A stretch of DNA of 64,000 bases from Syntrophobacteraceae bacterium (GTDB taxonomy: Bacteria; Desulfobacterota; Syntrophobacteria; Syntrophobacterales; Syntrophobacteraceae), in NCBI GenBank assembly GCA_033812955.1, contig JAPXSS010000006.1, forward strand, positions 1,911 through 65,910. The letters run 5' to 3'. Numbering within the stretch: position 1 is the stretch's first letter; the number at the start of each line of letters is the position of its first letter. Of the stretch, positions 8,557 to 18,199 are shown piece by piece. Below the pieces are notes generated by a model. That model saw only the letters and a list, made by a program, of their open reading frames with translations. It searched no databases and was not told the origin of the DNA. Position numbers and translations under genes: made by a program.

Positions 8557-11500
8557 ATGGCTGGAGCACAGAAGGTTGGTGCAGTAACCGTTATTGGCGG
8601 AGGCATCGGCGGTATCCAGTGCGCCCTGGACATCGCGAACTCCGGTTTCAAGGTTTACCTTGTAGAAGAACAACCCAATATCGGCGGGGTGATGTCACAG
8701 CTTGACAAGACTTTTCCCACCAATGATTGTTCTTCGTGCATGATGGGCCCCAAGCTGGTTGAAATTGCCACGCATCGGAACATCGACATTTTGACACGGA
8801 CCACCGTCGAGAGCATATCCGGCGAACCGGGAGATTTTACCCTCAAGCTCAACCATCATCCTCGCTATATTATGCTGGATAAGTGCACGGGCTGCGGGGA
8901 ATGCGCCAAGGTGTGTCCCATTAACATGCCCGCCGACTTTAATCTGGGCCTAAACGAACGCCAGGCCATCTACCGAAATTATCCCCAGGCGGTCCCGGCG
9001 GGATTCAGCATCGATAAGAAAGACAAATCGCCCTGTACCAATGCCTGCCCGAACAGTGTCAACGCCCATGGGTATGTGGCCCTGATCGCCCAGGGAAAAT
9101 ACGTCGAGGCGATGAAAGTCATCATGCGCAACCTGCCGTTACCGGGTGTCATTGGCAGGATTTGCCCTCATCCCTGTGAGGAAGCCTGCCGCCGCGGTGA
9201 GGTGGACAGTCCGCTTTCCATCTGCGCGCTGAAACGCTTTGTGGCAGACCAGGTGGACATCGAAGAGCTGCCGATTCCCGAGATTGAGAAACGGGACGAG
9301 AAGGTGGCCATCATCGGTTCCGGTCCCGCAGGACTCACGGCCGCCTATTTCCTGGCCCTCGATGGCTATCAGGTCACGATCTTCGAAGCGCTTCCCGTAG
9401 CGGGCGGGATGCTGCGTGTGGGCATCCCCGACTACCGGCTGCCGCCTGAGGTTCTCGAGAAGGAAATCCGTGCCATCACCAGGCTGGGTGTAGACATTAA
9501 ATTCAATACCCGCCTGGGTAAGGATTTCACTATCGATGAGCTGCAGGCTCAGGGATATAAAGCGGTTTATATAGGCATTGGCGCCCATCAGAGCCAGAAG
9601 CTCAATGTTCCCGGCGAAGACGCGGAAGGCGTGATGCACGGGGTGGAGTTCCTGCGTCGTGCCAACCTCCATGAATCCAATCTGGTAAAGGGGAGGGTGA
9701 TCATCGTTGGTGGCGGTGACGTGGCCATTGACGCAGCTCGCGTAGCGACGAGGCTGGGAGCATCGAAGGTGAGCATCTTCTACCGCCGGACTCGCACCGA
9801 AATGCCGGCCCGCGAAAACGAAATCGAAGACGCCCTGGCCGAGGGTGTGGATATCCAGTATCTTACCGCCCCCGCCGAAGTGGTGGTCAAGGACGGCAGG
9901 GTGAGCGGGATGAAATGCATTCGGATGGAGCTTGGAGAGCCCGATACCTCGGGCCGAAGACGTCCGGTACCCATTAGCGGCAGTGAATTCGAGGTCCAGG
10001 CAGAGCTGATCATTCCCGCCATCGGCCAGGCGCCGGATTCGCTGTTCCTGGCGGAGAAGGAAGGTTTGACTTTGACCCGCAAGGGTACTATTGAAGCCGA
10101 TGCCATCACCCTGGCTACCAACAAGGACGGGGTTTTCGCCGGTGGTGATGCACAGACCGGCCCGTGGATCGCTATTGGCGCCGTTGCCCATGGGCGGGAA
10201 GCGGCCATCTCCATCAGTCGCTATCTCAAGGGTGAGGACATCGCGGCCGGGCGGGAGCCGCTGGATTTCCCGCAGGAGGATTTCCGGCCGATTCCGGAAG
10301 AGATCGAGAAGGTCCCTCGGGCTGAGCAGGCTACCATCCCCATGGCCAAACGGAAATCAACCTTTGACGAAGTCGAGCTCGGGTTGACCGAAGAGCAGGC
10401 TAAGGCGGAAGCGCAGAAATGTCTCGACTGTATGGTCTGCTGCGAATGTCTGCAGTGCGTGGATGCGTGTCTTGCCAAGGCGATCAACCACGACATGCAT
10501 CTGGAAGTTGAGGAAATCAAGACGGGCGCTGTCATTTTCGCCCCCGGTTTTAAGCCGTTCGATGCACGGACCAAGCCTGAACTAGGTTATGGTTTGTGGC
10601 CCAATGTGATCACCAGCCTGGAGTACGAGCGCATTCTTTCTGCGGCCGGTCCCTTTGGCGGTCACATCCAGCGCCTCTCGGATGGCAAGAAGCCCCACCG
10701 GATCGCCTGGATTCAGTGCGTGGGCTCACGTGACAGCAGCATCGGCAATGACTACTGCTCCTATGTTTGCTGCATGTACGCCACCAAGCAGGCCATGATC
10801 ACCAAAGAACATGAGGCTGATATCGATACCACCATCTTTTACATCGATATGCGGGCCCAGGGGAAAGGGTTTGACCGCTTCTACGAGAGGGCGCGTGACG
10901 AGACCGGCGTGCGTTTCGTGCGCTCCATGGTCTCTCGAGTGTTGCCGGTACCAGAAACCGACCAGTTGATGGTGACCTATTCGGATGACAAGAGCGTCCT
11001 GCGTGAGGAAGTGTTTGACATGGTGGTGCTCTCCATCGGTCTTTGTGCTCATCCGTCAACAGGGGAACTGGCGAAAACCCTGGGGGTGGGGCTCAATTCG
11101 TTCGGTTTCTGCTCGAGCGATACCATGGATCAGGTGGCGACGTCGAAGCCCGGCATTTACGTCTGCGGTGTCTCTCAAGGACCCAAAGACATTCCCGATA
11201 CCGTCCAGCAAAGCAGCAGTGCCGCTGCCTGTGCCACCGCCCTCCTTGCCGAGGCCCGAGGAACGATGATCACCCCGCCGCCGGTTTATGAGGAGCGGGA
11301 CATCACGGGGGAAAAGCCACGGATCGGCGTTTTCGTCTGCCATTGCGGCATCAACATTGCCGGAGTGGTGGATGTGGAAGCTGTGGTCCAGTATGCCATG
11401 ACCCTGCCGGGAGTGGAGTATGCCACCCGCGCCATGTTCACTTGCTCCACTGACAATCAGAAGGAAATCAAGCGGCTGATCGATGAACATCGGCTCAACC

Positions 11501-12984
11501 GGGTCATTGTAGCGTCGTGTACACCTCGTACCCATGAACCGCTCTTCCGCAGTACCCTGCGGGAAGCGGGGTTGAATGCCTATTTGTTCGACTTGGCCAA
11601 CATCCGGGAACAGGATTCCTGGGTCCATATGTCGGAACCGGAGGCGGCAACGAACAAGGCCAAGGACCTCGTCCGCATGTCGGTGGCTCGCGCCGCTTTG
11701 TTGGAGCCGTTGAGCGACTATACCTACGAAGTCGTACAGCGGGGACTGGTGATTGGCGGTGGCTTGACTGGGCTCACTGCAGCCCTCTCCATTGCGGAAC
11801 AGGGGTTCCCTGCCGTTCTGGTGGAACGTAGTGCGGAACTTGGAGGGAATTCCAAGACCCTTTACTATACCGACGAGGGATCGACGCCTTCCAAGTATGT
11901 ACAGGACCTGATCAAGCAGGTGGAAGCTAATGCGCTCATTACAATCCATAAAGAAGCCGAGGTGAGCGCCATTACCGGAAGCTGCGGCAATTTCACGAGT
12001 ACGATTACCCACAATGGCAACACCGAGGAGCTGAATCACGGGGTGGTGATCGTGGCGACCGGTGGCCAGGAATACAAGCCGACGGAGTACCTCTACGGGC
12101 AACACCCGCAGGTGATGACGCAGCATGAGTTTGAAGCGCTACTGCAAAACGAGCCTGCACGAGCCGCGAAGTACCAACGGGTCGTCATGATTCAGTGCGT
12201 GGGGTCCCGGGAACCGGATAATTCCTACTGTAGTCGCGTCTGTTGTACGGCTGCCATGAAGAACAGCCTGAAGCTCAAGGCTCTGAACCCCAAGGCGCAG
12301 ATATCGGTGCTCTATCGCGACATCCGCACCTTCGGCTTCAAGGAACTCACTTATCAGGAGGCCCGGCAGAAAGGGGTCCGGTTCTTCCGCTTCGAATATG
12401 AAAACAAGCCTAAAGTCGAAGCCATTGGTGAGCGTTTGCAGGTGACGGTGGCCGATGCTCAGCTTAACCGCCCGTTTCGTCTGGATGCCGATCTGCTCGT
12501 TTTGAGCGCTGCCATTCGGCCGCGGGAGGAGGGGAAGAAGCTGGGCGAGACGCTGCGCGTACCGTTCGATCAGGATGGGTTCTTCCTGGAGGCGCATTTG
12601 AAACTGCGCCCTCTGGATTTTCCGACCGCAGGCTATTTTGTCTGCGGTCTGGCAAAGGGCCCCTCCTTTGCCAACGAAGCTATTGCGCAGGCGAAGGGCG
12701 CGGTTTCCCGGGCACTTGCCATTCTGTCCAAGAAGGAAATCGTCAAAGAAGGCATGATGACCCAGATCAATCCCGAGCTCTGTCGTGCTTGTGGGGAATG
12801 TGAGCAGACTTGTCTTTTCAACGCAGTGAAAGTAACGGATATGCCCGACGGCCGCCGCCAGGCCATGGTCGACCTGGCGCTCTGTACCGGCTGTGGCGCC
12901 TGCAATGTAGCTTGCCCCACCGGCGCAGCATCGCTGGCTCATTTCCGCGACACGCAGGTGAATGCAGAGATTCGGGCCCTATAG
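8557..12984 (+). CDS. hdrL: large HdrA-type fusion protein (HdrL-like): HdrA-like FAD domain interrupted by a GltD/NfnB-like NAD(P)H oxidoreductase module, followed by a second HdrA-like unit
   Basis: N-terminus VIGGGIGGIQCALD...[18 protein letters not shown] (Cys at 8737-8739). GltD-like insert around 9028-10230 (ICPHPCEEACRRG, VAIIGSGPAGLTAAYFLA, IIVGGGDVAIDAAR, VFAGGDA). Then [21 protein letters not shown], a second GGGLTGL FAD site and a second IQCVGSRE, with C-terminal 2x CxxCxxCxxxCP. Confidence 0.85.
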   Translation: MAGAQKVGAVTVIGGGIGGIQCALDIANSGFKVYLVEEQPNIGGVMSQLDKTFPTNDCSSCMMGPKLVEIATHRNIDILTRTTVESISGEPGDFTLKLNHHPRYIMLDKCTGCGECAKVCPINMPADFNLGLNERQAIYRNYPQAVPAGFSIDKKDKSPCTNACPNSVNAHGYVALIAQGKYVEAMKVIMRNLPLPGVIGRICPHPCEEACRRGEVDSPLSICALKRFVADQVDIEELPIPEIEKRDEKVAIIGSGPAGLTAAYFLALDGYQVTIFEALPVAGGMLRVGIPDYRLPPEVLEKEIRAITRLGVDIKFNTRLGKDFTIDELQAQGYKAVYIGIGAHQSQKLNVPGEDAEGVMHGVEFLRRANLHESNLVKGRVIIVGGGDVAIDAARVATRLGASKVSIFYRRTRTEMPARENEIEDALAEGVDIQYLTAPAEVVVKDGRVSGMKCIRMELGEPDTSGRRRPVPISGSEFEVQAELIIPAIGQAPDSLFLAEKEGLTLTRKGTIEADAITLATNKDGVFAGGDAQTGPWIAIGAVAHGREAAISISRYLKGEDIAAGREPLDFPQEDFRPIPEEIEKVPRAEQATIPMAKRKSTFDEVELGLTEEQAKAEAQKCLDCMVCCECLQCVDACLAKAINHDMHLEVEEIKTGAVIFAPGFKPFDARTKPELGYGLWPNVITSLEYERILSAAGPFGGHIQRLSDGKKPHRIAWIQCVGSRDSSIGNDYCSYVCCMYATKQAMITKEHEADIDTTIFYIDMRAQGKGFDRFYERARDETGVRFVRSMVSRVLPVPETDQLMVTYSDDKSVLREEVFDMVVLSIGLCAHPSTGELAKTLGVGLNSFGFCSSDTMDQVATSKPGIYVCGVSQGPKDIPDTVQQSSSAAACATALLAEARGTMITPPPVYEERDITGEKPRIGVFVCHCGINIAGVVDVEAVVQYAMTLPGVEYATRAMFTCSTDNQKEIKRLIDEHRLNRVIVASCTPRTHEPLFRSTLREAGLNAYLFDLANIREQDSWVHMSEPEAATNKAKDLVRMSVARAALLEPLSDYTYEVVQRGLVIGGGLTGLTAALSIAEQGFPAVLVERSAELGGNSKTLYYTDEGSTPSKYVQDLIKQVEANALITIHKEAEVSAITGSCGNFTSTITHNGNTEELNHGVVIVATGGQEYKPTEYLYGQHPQVMTQHEFEALLQNEPARAAKYQRVVMIQCVGSREPDNSYCSRVCCTAAMKNSLKLKALNPKAQISVLYRDIRTFGFKELTYQEARQKGVRFFRFEYENKPKVEAIGERLQVTVADAQLNRPFRLDADLLVLSAAIRPREEGKKLGETLRVPFDQDGFFLEAHLKLRPLDFPTAGYFVCGLAKGPSFANEAIAQAKGAVSRALAILSKKEIVKEGMMTQINPELCRACGECEQTCLFNAVKVTDMPDGRRQAMVDLALCTGCGACNVACPTGAASLAHFRDTQVNAEIRAL

Positions 12985-13041
12985 CAGGTGATGTTTGGAT
13001 TGAGGCTGTTTGCCCTGAGCTGATAACCGAGAGGAATGTCA

Positions 13042-13482
13042 ATGGCTGAAACATTCGAACCCAAAATTGTAGCCTTCGTGTGTAACTGGTGCGCCTATGC
13101 CGGCGCCGATCTGGCTGGGGTGGGTCGCATGCAGTACCCCACCAACGTGCGTCTCATCCGTTTGATGTGCACGGGCAGAATCAATCATGCCTTCCTGCTG
13201 AACGCTTACCAGGCAGGAGTGGACGGAGTCATGGTATCCGGGTGACACATCGGGGACTGCAATTACCTGGGAGGTAATGAAAAGTGTCTGAAGGTGGTTG
13301 AGGATACCCATAAAGTCCTCCGGCTGTTGGGTGTGGACGAACGGTATCTTTTTCTGAAATGGGTTTCAGCTTCGGAAGGGCCGATTTTTGCCGAGACGAT
13401 TCGAAATTACACCGAACTGTTGAAGCAACTGGGTAGAAATCCGCTGGCCGAGGCGCATAGCAGTGTCGCGAGTGCGGCCTGA
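13042..13482 (+). CDS. mvhD: MvhD-like [2Fe-2S] electron-transfer protein, selenoprotein (1 in-frame UGA at 13243-13245)
   Basis: Track ORFs 13036..13245 and 13294..13482 share one frame, separated only by TGA. Joined: [26 protein letters not shown]...[21 protein letters not shown]... The UGA sits where MvhD has the Cys of GCHxGxCHY. RBS AGAGGA lies before ATG 13042. Confidence 0.85.
13244..13288 (+). promoter_or_regulatory. putative bacterial SECIS hairpin for mvhD copy 1
   Basis: Core stem ATTACC(13262-13267)/GGTAAT(13273-13278), loop TGGGA. Outer pairing GACAC(13244-13248)/GTGTC(13284-13288). Confidence 0.5.
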
Positions 13483-13536
13483 CCGGGCTGTACGCAGACG
13501 GCTGCCGACGATTCCTCATAAACCGAATATGCCCTG

Positions 13537-14676
13537 ATGGAAGAGGCTATGATGATCAGTCTGGAACAAATCAGTTATTGCATGGAGTGTGGGGTCTGCA
13601 CGGGAAGTTGCCCCATCAGCAGATCGTTGACCTCTTTTTCGCCACGCCAGATGATAAAACGCTCGTTGATGGACCATGACGAGACGGTGGTGCAGGGGCG
13701 GGAGCTCTGGGCCTGCCTGACCTGCGCGCGCTGCAGCACCCGCTGTCCGGCGCAGATCGACTTCCCGGAGTTTGCCAGGGCCCACCGCGAACTGGCGCGC
13801 AAGGGAGGGAACCTGCCCCAGTTGAGCCATCACGGAACACTTCAGGCGATCGCAGCACTGCAAACCGCTAACATCAAGCAGCAGCGGACCGATTGGGCGA
13901 CCGAGGCGGGGACCTTCAAGGACAAGGGGGATGTTTTCTGTTTTGTTGGCTGCGCCCCGTACTTCGAAGCCGTCCTGAAGCCGGGTGAGGGTTCCCTGGA
14001 AGTGCCCAAAGCGGTTCTAGGGATACTCAACCGCATGGGCATCGAACCGGCCATCAGCAACGATGAGCGCTGCTGCGGGCATGATGCTCTGTGGAGCGGA
14101 GACGAGGCCACGTTCAAGCAGCTGGCGGCCATGAACCTCGAAGTCATCCGCGGCTCCGGGGCGAAGACGGTGCTGTTCAGTTGTCCCGAAGGCTATACCA
14201 CCTTCAAAAACCAGATCCCCAAGTACTTTGGCGATCTGCCCTTTGAGGTCCTTCACGTGACCGAATTCTTCGCCCGTGAGTTGCCTGCCTCCGGCGTGAA
14301 ATTCTCCCCCTGTACCAACAACGGGAAAGGCGGGGTGACGTATCAAGACCCGTGCCGGCTGGGTCGCGTGGCCGGGATCTACGAGGCGCCGCGGGAGCTG
14401 ATTCGGCTTGTTCCCGACGCCAGGTTCGAAGAAATGCCGCGCAACCGCGAAAATGCTCTTTGCTGCGGTACCAGTGCCTGGATGGAATGCTCCAACTGTT
14501 CTAAATCCATCCAGATCGAGAGGCTGCAGGAAGCGCGTGACGCCGGAGCCCACACGCTCATTACGAGCTGTCCCAAATGCCGCATCCATCTGAGTTGCGG
14601 TCAGCAGAACACTGATTTGACCGACCTGGAAGTGGTCGATCTCTTCGCTTTTCTTCTACAGCACATTGAATCGTGA
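13537..14676 (+). CDS. HdrC/HdrB fusion-type Fe-S oxidoreductase (2x[4Fe-4S] plus two CCG domains; HdrD/GlpC-like)
   Basis: CMECGVCTGSCP and CLTCARCSTRCP, then FVGCAPYF...CCGHD and YQDPCRLGR...CCGTS. The start could instead be ATG 13549 or 13552. Confidence 0.75.
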   Translation: MEEAMMISLEQISYCMECGVCTGSCPISRSLTSFSPRQMIKRSLMDHDETVVQGRELWACLTCARCSTRCPAQIDFPEFARAHRELARKGGNLPQLSHHGTLQAIAALQTANIKQQRTDWATEAGTFKDKGDVFCFVGCAPYFEAVLKPGEGSLEVPKAVLGILNRMGIEPAISNDERCCGHDALWSGDEATFKQLAAMNLEVIRGSGAKTVLFSCPEGYTTFKNQIPKYFGDLPFEVLHVTEFFARELPASGVKFSPCTNNGKGGVTYQDPCRLGRVAGIYEAPRELIRLVPDARFEEMPRNRENALCCGTSAWMECSNCSKSIQIERLQEARDAGAHTLITSCPKCRIHLSCGQQNTDLTDLEVVDLFAFLLQHIES

Positions 14677-14687
14677 CCAATGGAGGT

Positions 14688-14753
14688 TTCTCAAGATTAC
14701 TTGATCATGAAGTGCACGAATATGTTATAGATAACATTTTGCAATCTTGAGAA
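14688..14753. promoter_or_regulatory. nested inverted repeats in the hdrA copy-1 upstream region (candidate operator or terminator)
   Basis: Perfect 11-bp arms TTCTCAAGATT (14688-14698) and AATCTTGAGAA (14743-14753) enclose an AT-rich perfect palindrome ATGTTAT-AG-ATAACAT (14722-14737). Confidence 0.3.
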
Positions 14754-14871
14754 TACGTTTACAGTGGGGTTACTGGGCGTTTTCGGTGGAAACGCCCCAC
14801 CGTCACCACTGTATGGTTACAAGAGCGAACTTCGATAAGGATGATTTGAAACCCAAAAGGAGACCCTATTC

Positions 14872-16404
14872 GTGAAGCGGGATGTGTTGGTGATTGGGGG
14901 TGGTATTGCAGGCATTCAGGCATCTTTGGACCTGGGTGAAATGGGGTTTCAGGTGCATCTCGTGGAACGGTTGCCAAGTATTGGCGGTAAGATGGCGCAG
15001 CTTGACAAGACGTTTCCCACCAATGATTGCGCCTTGTGAATTCTCGCGCCAAAGCTGATGGATGTCGGTCGACATCCCAACATCCGGTTGCTGGCCTACT
15101 CGGAAGTGGAAAAAGTGGAGGGGGAAATCGGGGATTTTCACGTCACGGTGCGCAAGAAGGCCCGTTATGTTGATGAAAATAAATGCACGGGGTGTGGGAC
15201 ATGCGCCGAGAAGTGTCCGACGGTAACTTCCGACGTCTACAACCTCGGGCTTGGCAAAGCCAAGGCCATCTATAAGTACTTTGCCCAAGGGATTCCATCC
15301 GCTTATACCATCGACGCCAATGCGTGCCGACAGCTCCAGGGGAAGAAGTGCGGTGTTTGCGCCAAGGTCTGTCAGGCCGGCGCCATCGATTACAAGATGC
15401 AGGAAAAGATCGTCGAACTCGACGTTGGCGCCATCATTGTGGCGACCGGCTACGATCTCTTCGATGCTCGCAGGATTCCTGAGTATGGCTATGGGAGGCT
15501 GCCCAACGTGGTCACGGCCCTGGAATTCGAGCGGTTCCTTTCGGCCAGCGGACCGACCCACGGGCACGTCTATCGCCGTTCGGACCTGGCCCTGATGGAT
15601 GCTCTGCCCGAGGCGGAAAAGAGCCAGCAGAAAGCGGCCAGGGGCCTTGAACAGTTGGAAAAGAAAGGCGGGATGAGTTCCGCCGATTTTTATACCAAGT
15701 ATGAGGCCGGTGAACTGCAAGGCGAAGAGTACGACAAGTGGGCCGAGCAGGTTAAGGTTTCCCGCGCCGCCACAGAAAAGCTCGATGCCATGAAGGCGAA
15801 AGTCGAGCAGATCGAGGGTGCGCATCGGCTGGCCTTCATCCAGTGCGTGGGCTCCCGCGACCTTCGCTTCAACCAGTACTGTTCCGGCTTCTGCTGCATG
15901 CACGCCATCAAGGAGGCGATCATTGGCCTGGAACATGATCGGGAAGCGGAAGTCTATATTTTCGGGATGGATATCCGTGCGGTCGGGAAGAATTTTGAAG
16001 AGTATCGAAATCGGGGAGCGAACGAAGCCGGCATCAAATTCGTTCGAAGCCGGGTGGCCGAGATCTACGAGGACAAGGATCACACTCCAATCCTCGTTTA
16101 CGAAGACACCAAGGAGCGCCGGGTGAAGCAGCTGCCGGTAGATCTGGTGATCCTGGCCACCGCCTGCCAGCCCAGCGAAGGGTTAGTGAAGCTAGCGGAG
16201 ATTTTGGGCATTAAGACCAACAACTTTGGCTTCATCGACACCGCCTCATATCTGCCTCTCGATACCTCACGGCCGGGCATCTTCGTTTGCGGTTGTGCCC
16301 AAAGCCCAATGGATATTCCCGAATCGGTTGCTCAGGCGAGCAGTGCCGCTGCCATGGCAGCCCAGGTGTTGTCAGGCCCTGAGACCGAATGTCTCGCCTC
16401 CTGA
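14872..16404 (+). CDS. hdrA: HdrA-like FAD/Fe-S flavoprotein, selenoprotein (UGA at 15037-15039), copy 1
   Basis: Own translation from GTG 14872 (RBS AAGGAGA 14857-14863): [68 protein letters not shown]..., in frame with track ORF 15058..16404. The UGA replaces the second Cys of the HdrA TNDCxxC motif (HdrL has Cys there). Confidence 0.85.
15060..15077 (+). promoter_or_regulatory. putative SECIS hairpin for hdrA copy 1
   Basis: GGATGTCG-GT-CGACATCC, perfect 8-bp arms starting 21 nt after the UGA. The apical pairs probably open to give a larger loop. Confidence 0.4.
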
Positions 16405-16418
16405 AGGAGAACATGTCA

Positions 16419-18140
16419 ATGACTGGTGATACCGAGAAGACCGCAGAGCTCAACGGCAAGGAAGTCAAGACGGGCGTTTTCGTCTGTCACTGTGGTTCCA
16501 ATATTGCGGGCCTCCTGGATTGCGAGGCGCTCGTCGACTATGCATCCAAGCTGCCCAACGTGGCTTATGCCAAGAACAATCTCTACACCTGTTCCGAAGC
16601 GGGCATTGCCGAGATCATGAATGCCATTAAGGACCATGGGCTCACCCGCGTCGTGGTGGCATCCTGTTCGCCCCGCACCCATATGCCGCTCTTCAAGAGT
16701 GCCTGCGCCGAGGCCGGTTTGAACCCCTACCTCTTTGAAATGGCCAACATTCGGGACCAGTGTTCGTGGGTGCACATGCACGAAAAGAGTGAGGCCAACC
16801 TCAAGGCTCGTGATCTGATCCGGATGGCGGTGGCCAAAGCCGAATATCTTCAGCCGCAGCAGGACATTGAAGCCTCGCTGGTGCGCAAAGCGCTCGTTAT
16901 CGGTGGGGGAATTGCCGGTCTGTCGGCTACCGTAGCACTGGCCAATATGGGAACGGAAGTGATCCTGGTGGAGAAGGCGGCCGAGCTTGGCGGGCTGTTG
17001 CGGCGTATCAACCGCGTCGGTCCCCGTGGCGACAAGGCTTCCGAGTTGCTCAGGAAACTGGTTGAGCAGGTCCAGGCAAAGCCGCAGGTGACCACGTTGT
17101 TGGAGAGCGAGCTGGCTGCGGTCGGCGGCGTGGTGGGCAATTATGAGGTCACGTTGCGCGGGAGAGATGGCGCGGAGCGGAAGGAGACCGTCGGGTGCAT
17201 CGTGGTGGCCACGGGGGCGGTGCCGTTCATCCCGGAAGGAATGTATGGGTATAACGGGAAGAACGTGATCACCCAGATTGACCTGGAAGAGAAGCTCCGG
17301 GATGGGACCCTCGAGGCCAAGCGGATCGTCATGATTCAGTGTGTGGGCGCCAGGTCGCCCGAGCGCACCTATTGTGGAAGGATTTGTTGCCAGACTGCCA
17401 TTAAAAACGCTCTCTACATCAAGGAGCTCAATCCCGAGGCGTATGTTCACATCCTCTATCGCGACATTCAGATGTATGGCACTGACAACGAACGGATGCT
17501 TTGGGATTCGCGCGGCAAGGGCGTTCGCTACGACATCTATACCGAGGAACGGCCGCCGATGGTGAAGGACGGGGTGGTGGAGGTTTATCAACCCCTGTTG
17601 GGTGAGGTGGAAGAGATTCCGTTTGATCTCCTGGTACTTTCGACCCCGCTGCTGGCACCGTCAGATTCGGCGGCGGTCGCCAACTTGATGCGCATCCCTG
17701 TCGATCAGAACGGCTTCTATCTCGAAGCCCATGCGAAGCTTCGTCCTCTGGACTTTGCCAGCGACGGAATCTTCCTCTGCGGCACGGCGCGCTATCCGGC
17801 AACGGTCAGGGAAGCCCAGGCCCAGGGGTTGGGTGCCGCCTCGCGCACCAGTACGGTACTCTCGAAGGAGAAACTTGTTTTCAGCGCGCTCGTCTCTTAT
17901 GTTACCGAAAAGTGTGACGGCTGTGCTTTGTGTATCGATTTGTGTCCGTATTACGCAATCTCCACTGAAGAGTATGAGGATGAAGGGGGCCGGAAGCACA
18001 AGCGAGTTAAGTCGGACAACATCCTTTGCAAGGGATGCGGGGTGTGTGCGGCCACCTGTCCCAAAGGAGGCATCATTGTGCACGGATTCACCGGGGAGCA
18101 GATTCGGGCCCAGGTGGATGCCGCTCTCGAAGCGGTCTAG
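16419..18140 (+). CDS. second HdrA-like subunit (N-terminal Cys-cluster domain, FAD domain, C-terminal 2x[4Fe-4S] ferredoxin domain), lacks the TFPTNDC motif, copy 1
   Basis: [74 protein letters not shown] 16404-16410 favours ATG 16419 over 16389 or 16413. Collinear with the C-terminal half of HdrL. Confidence 0.8.
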   Translation: MTGDTEKTAELNGKEVKTGVFVCHCGSNIAGLLDCEALVDYASKLPNVAYAKNNLYTCSEAGIAEIMNAIKDHGLTRVVVASCSPRTHMPLFKSACAEAGLNPYLFEMANIRDQCSWVHMHEKSEANLKARDLIRMAVAKAEYLQPQQDIEASLVRKALVIGGGIAGLSATVALANMGTEVILVEKAAELGGLLRRINRVGPRGDKASELLRKLVEQVQAKPQVTTLLESELAAVGGVVGNYEVTLRGRDGAERKETVGCIVVATGAVPFIPEGMYGYNGKNVITQIDLEEKLRDGTLEAKRIVMIQCVGARSPERTYCGRICCQTAIKNALYIKELNPEAYVHILYRDIQMYGTDNERMLWDSRGKGVRYDIYTEERPPMVKDGVVEVYQPLLGEVEEIPFDLLVLSTPLLAPSDSAAVANLMRIPVDQNGFYLEAHAKLRPLDFASDGIFLCGTARYPATVREAQAQGLGAASRTSTVLSKEKLVFSALVSYVTEKCDGCALCIDLCPYYAISTEEYEDEGGRKHKRVKSDNILCKGCGVCAATCPKGGIIVHGFTGEQIRAQVDAALEAV

Positions 18141-18199
18141 AGTCGTTGGCGGAGTCTGTTCAGTAGCTCGTTGATTTTCTGAGAAAGGAGTTTCCCTCG

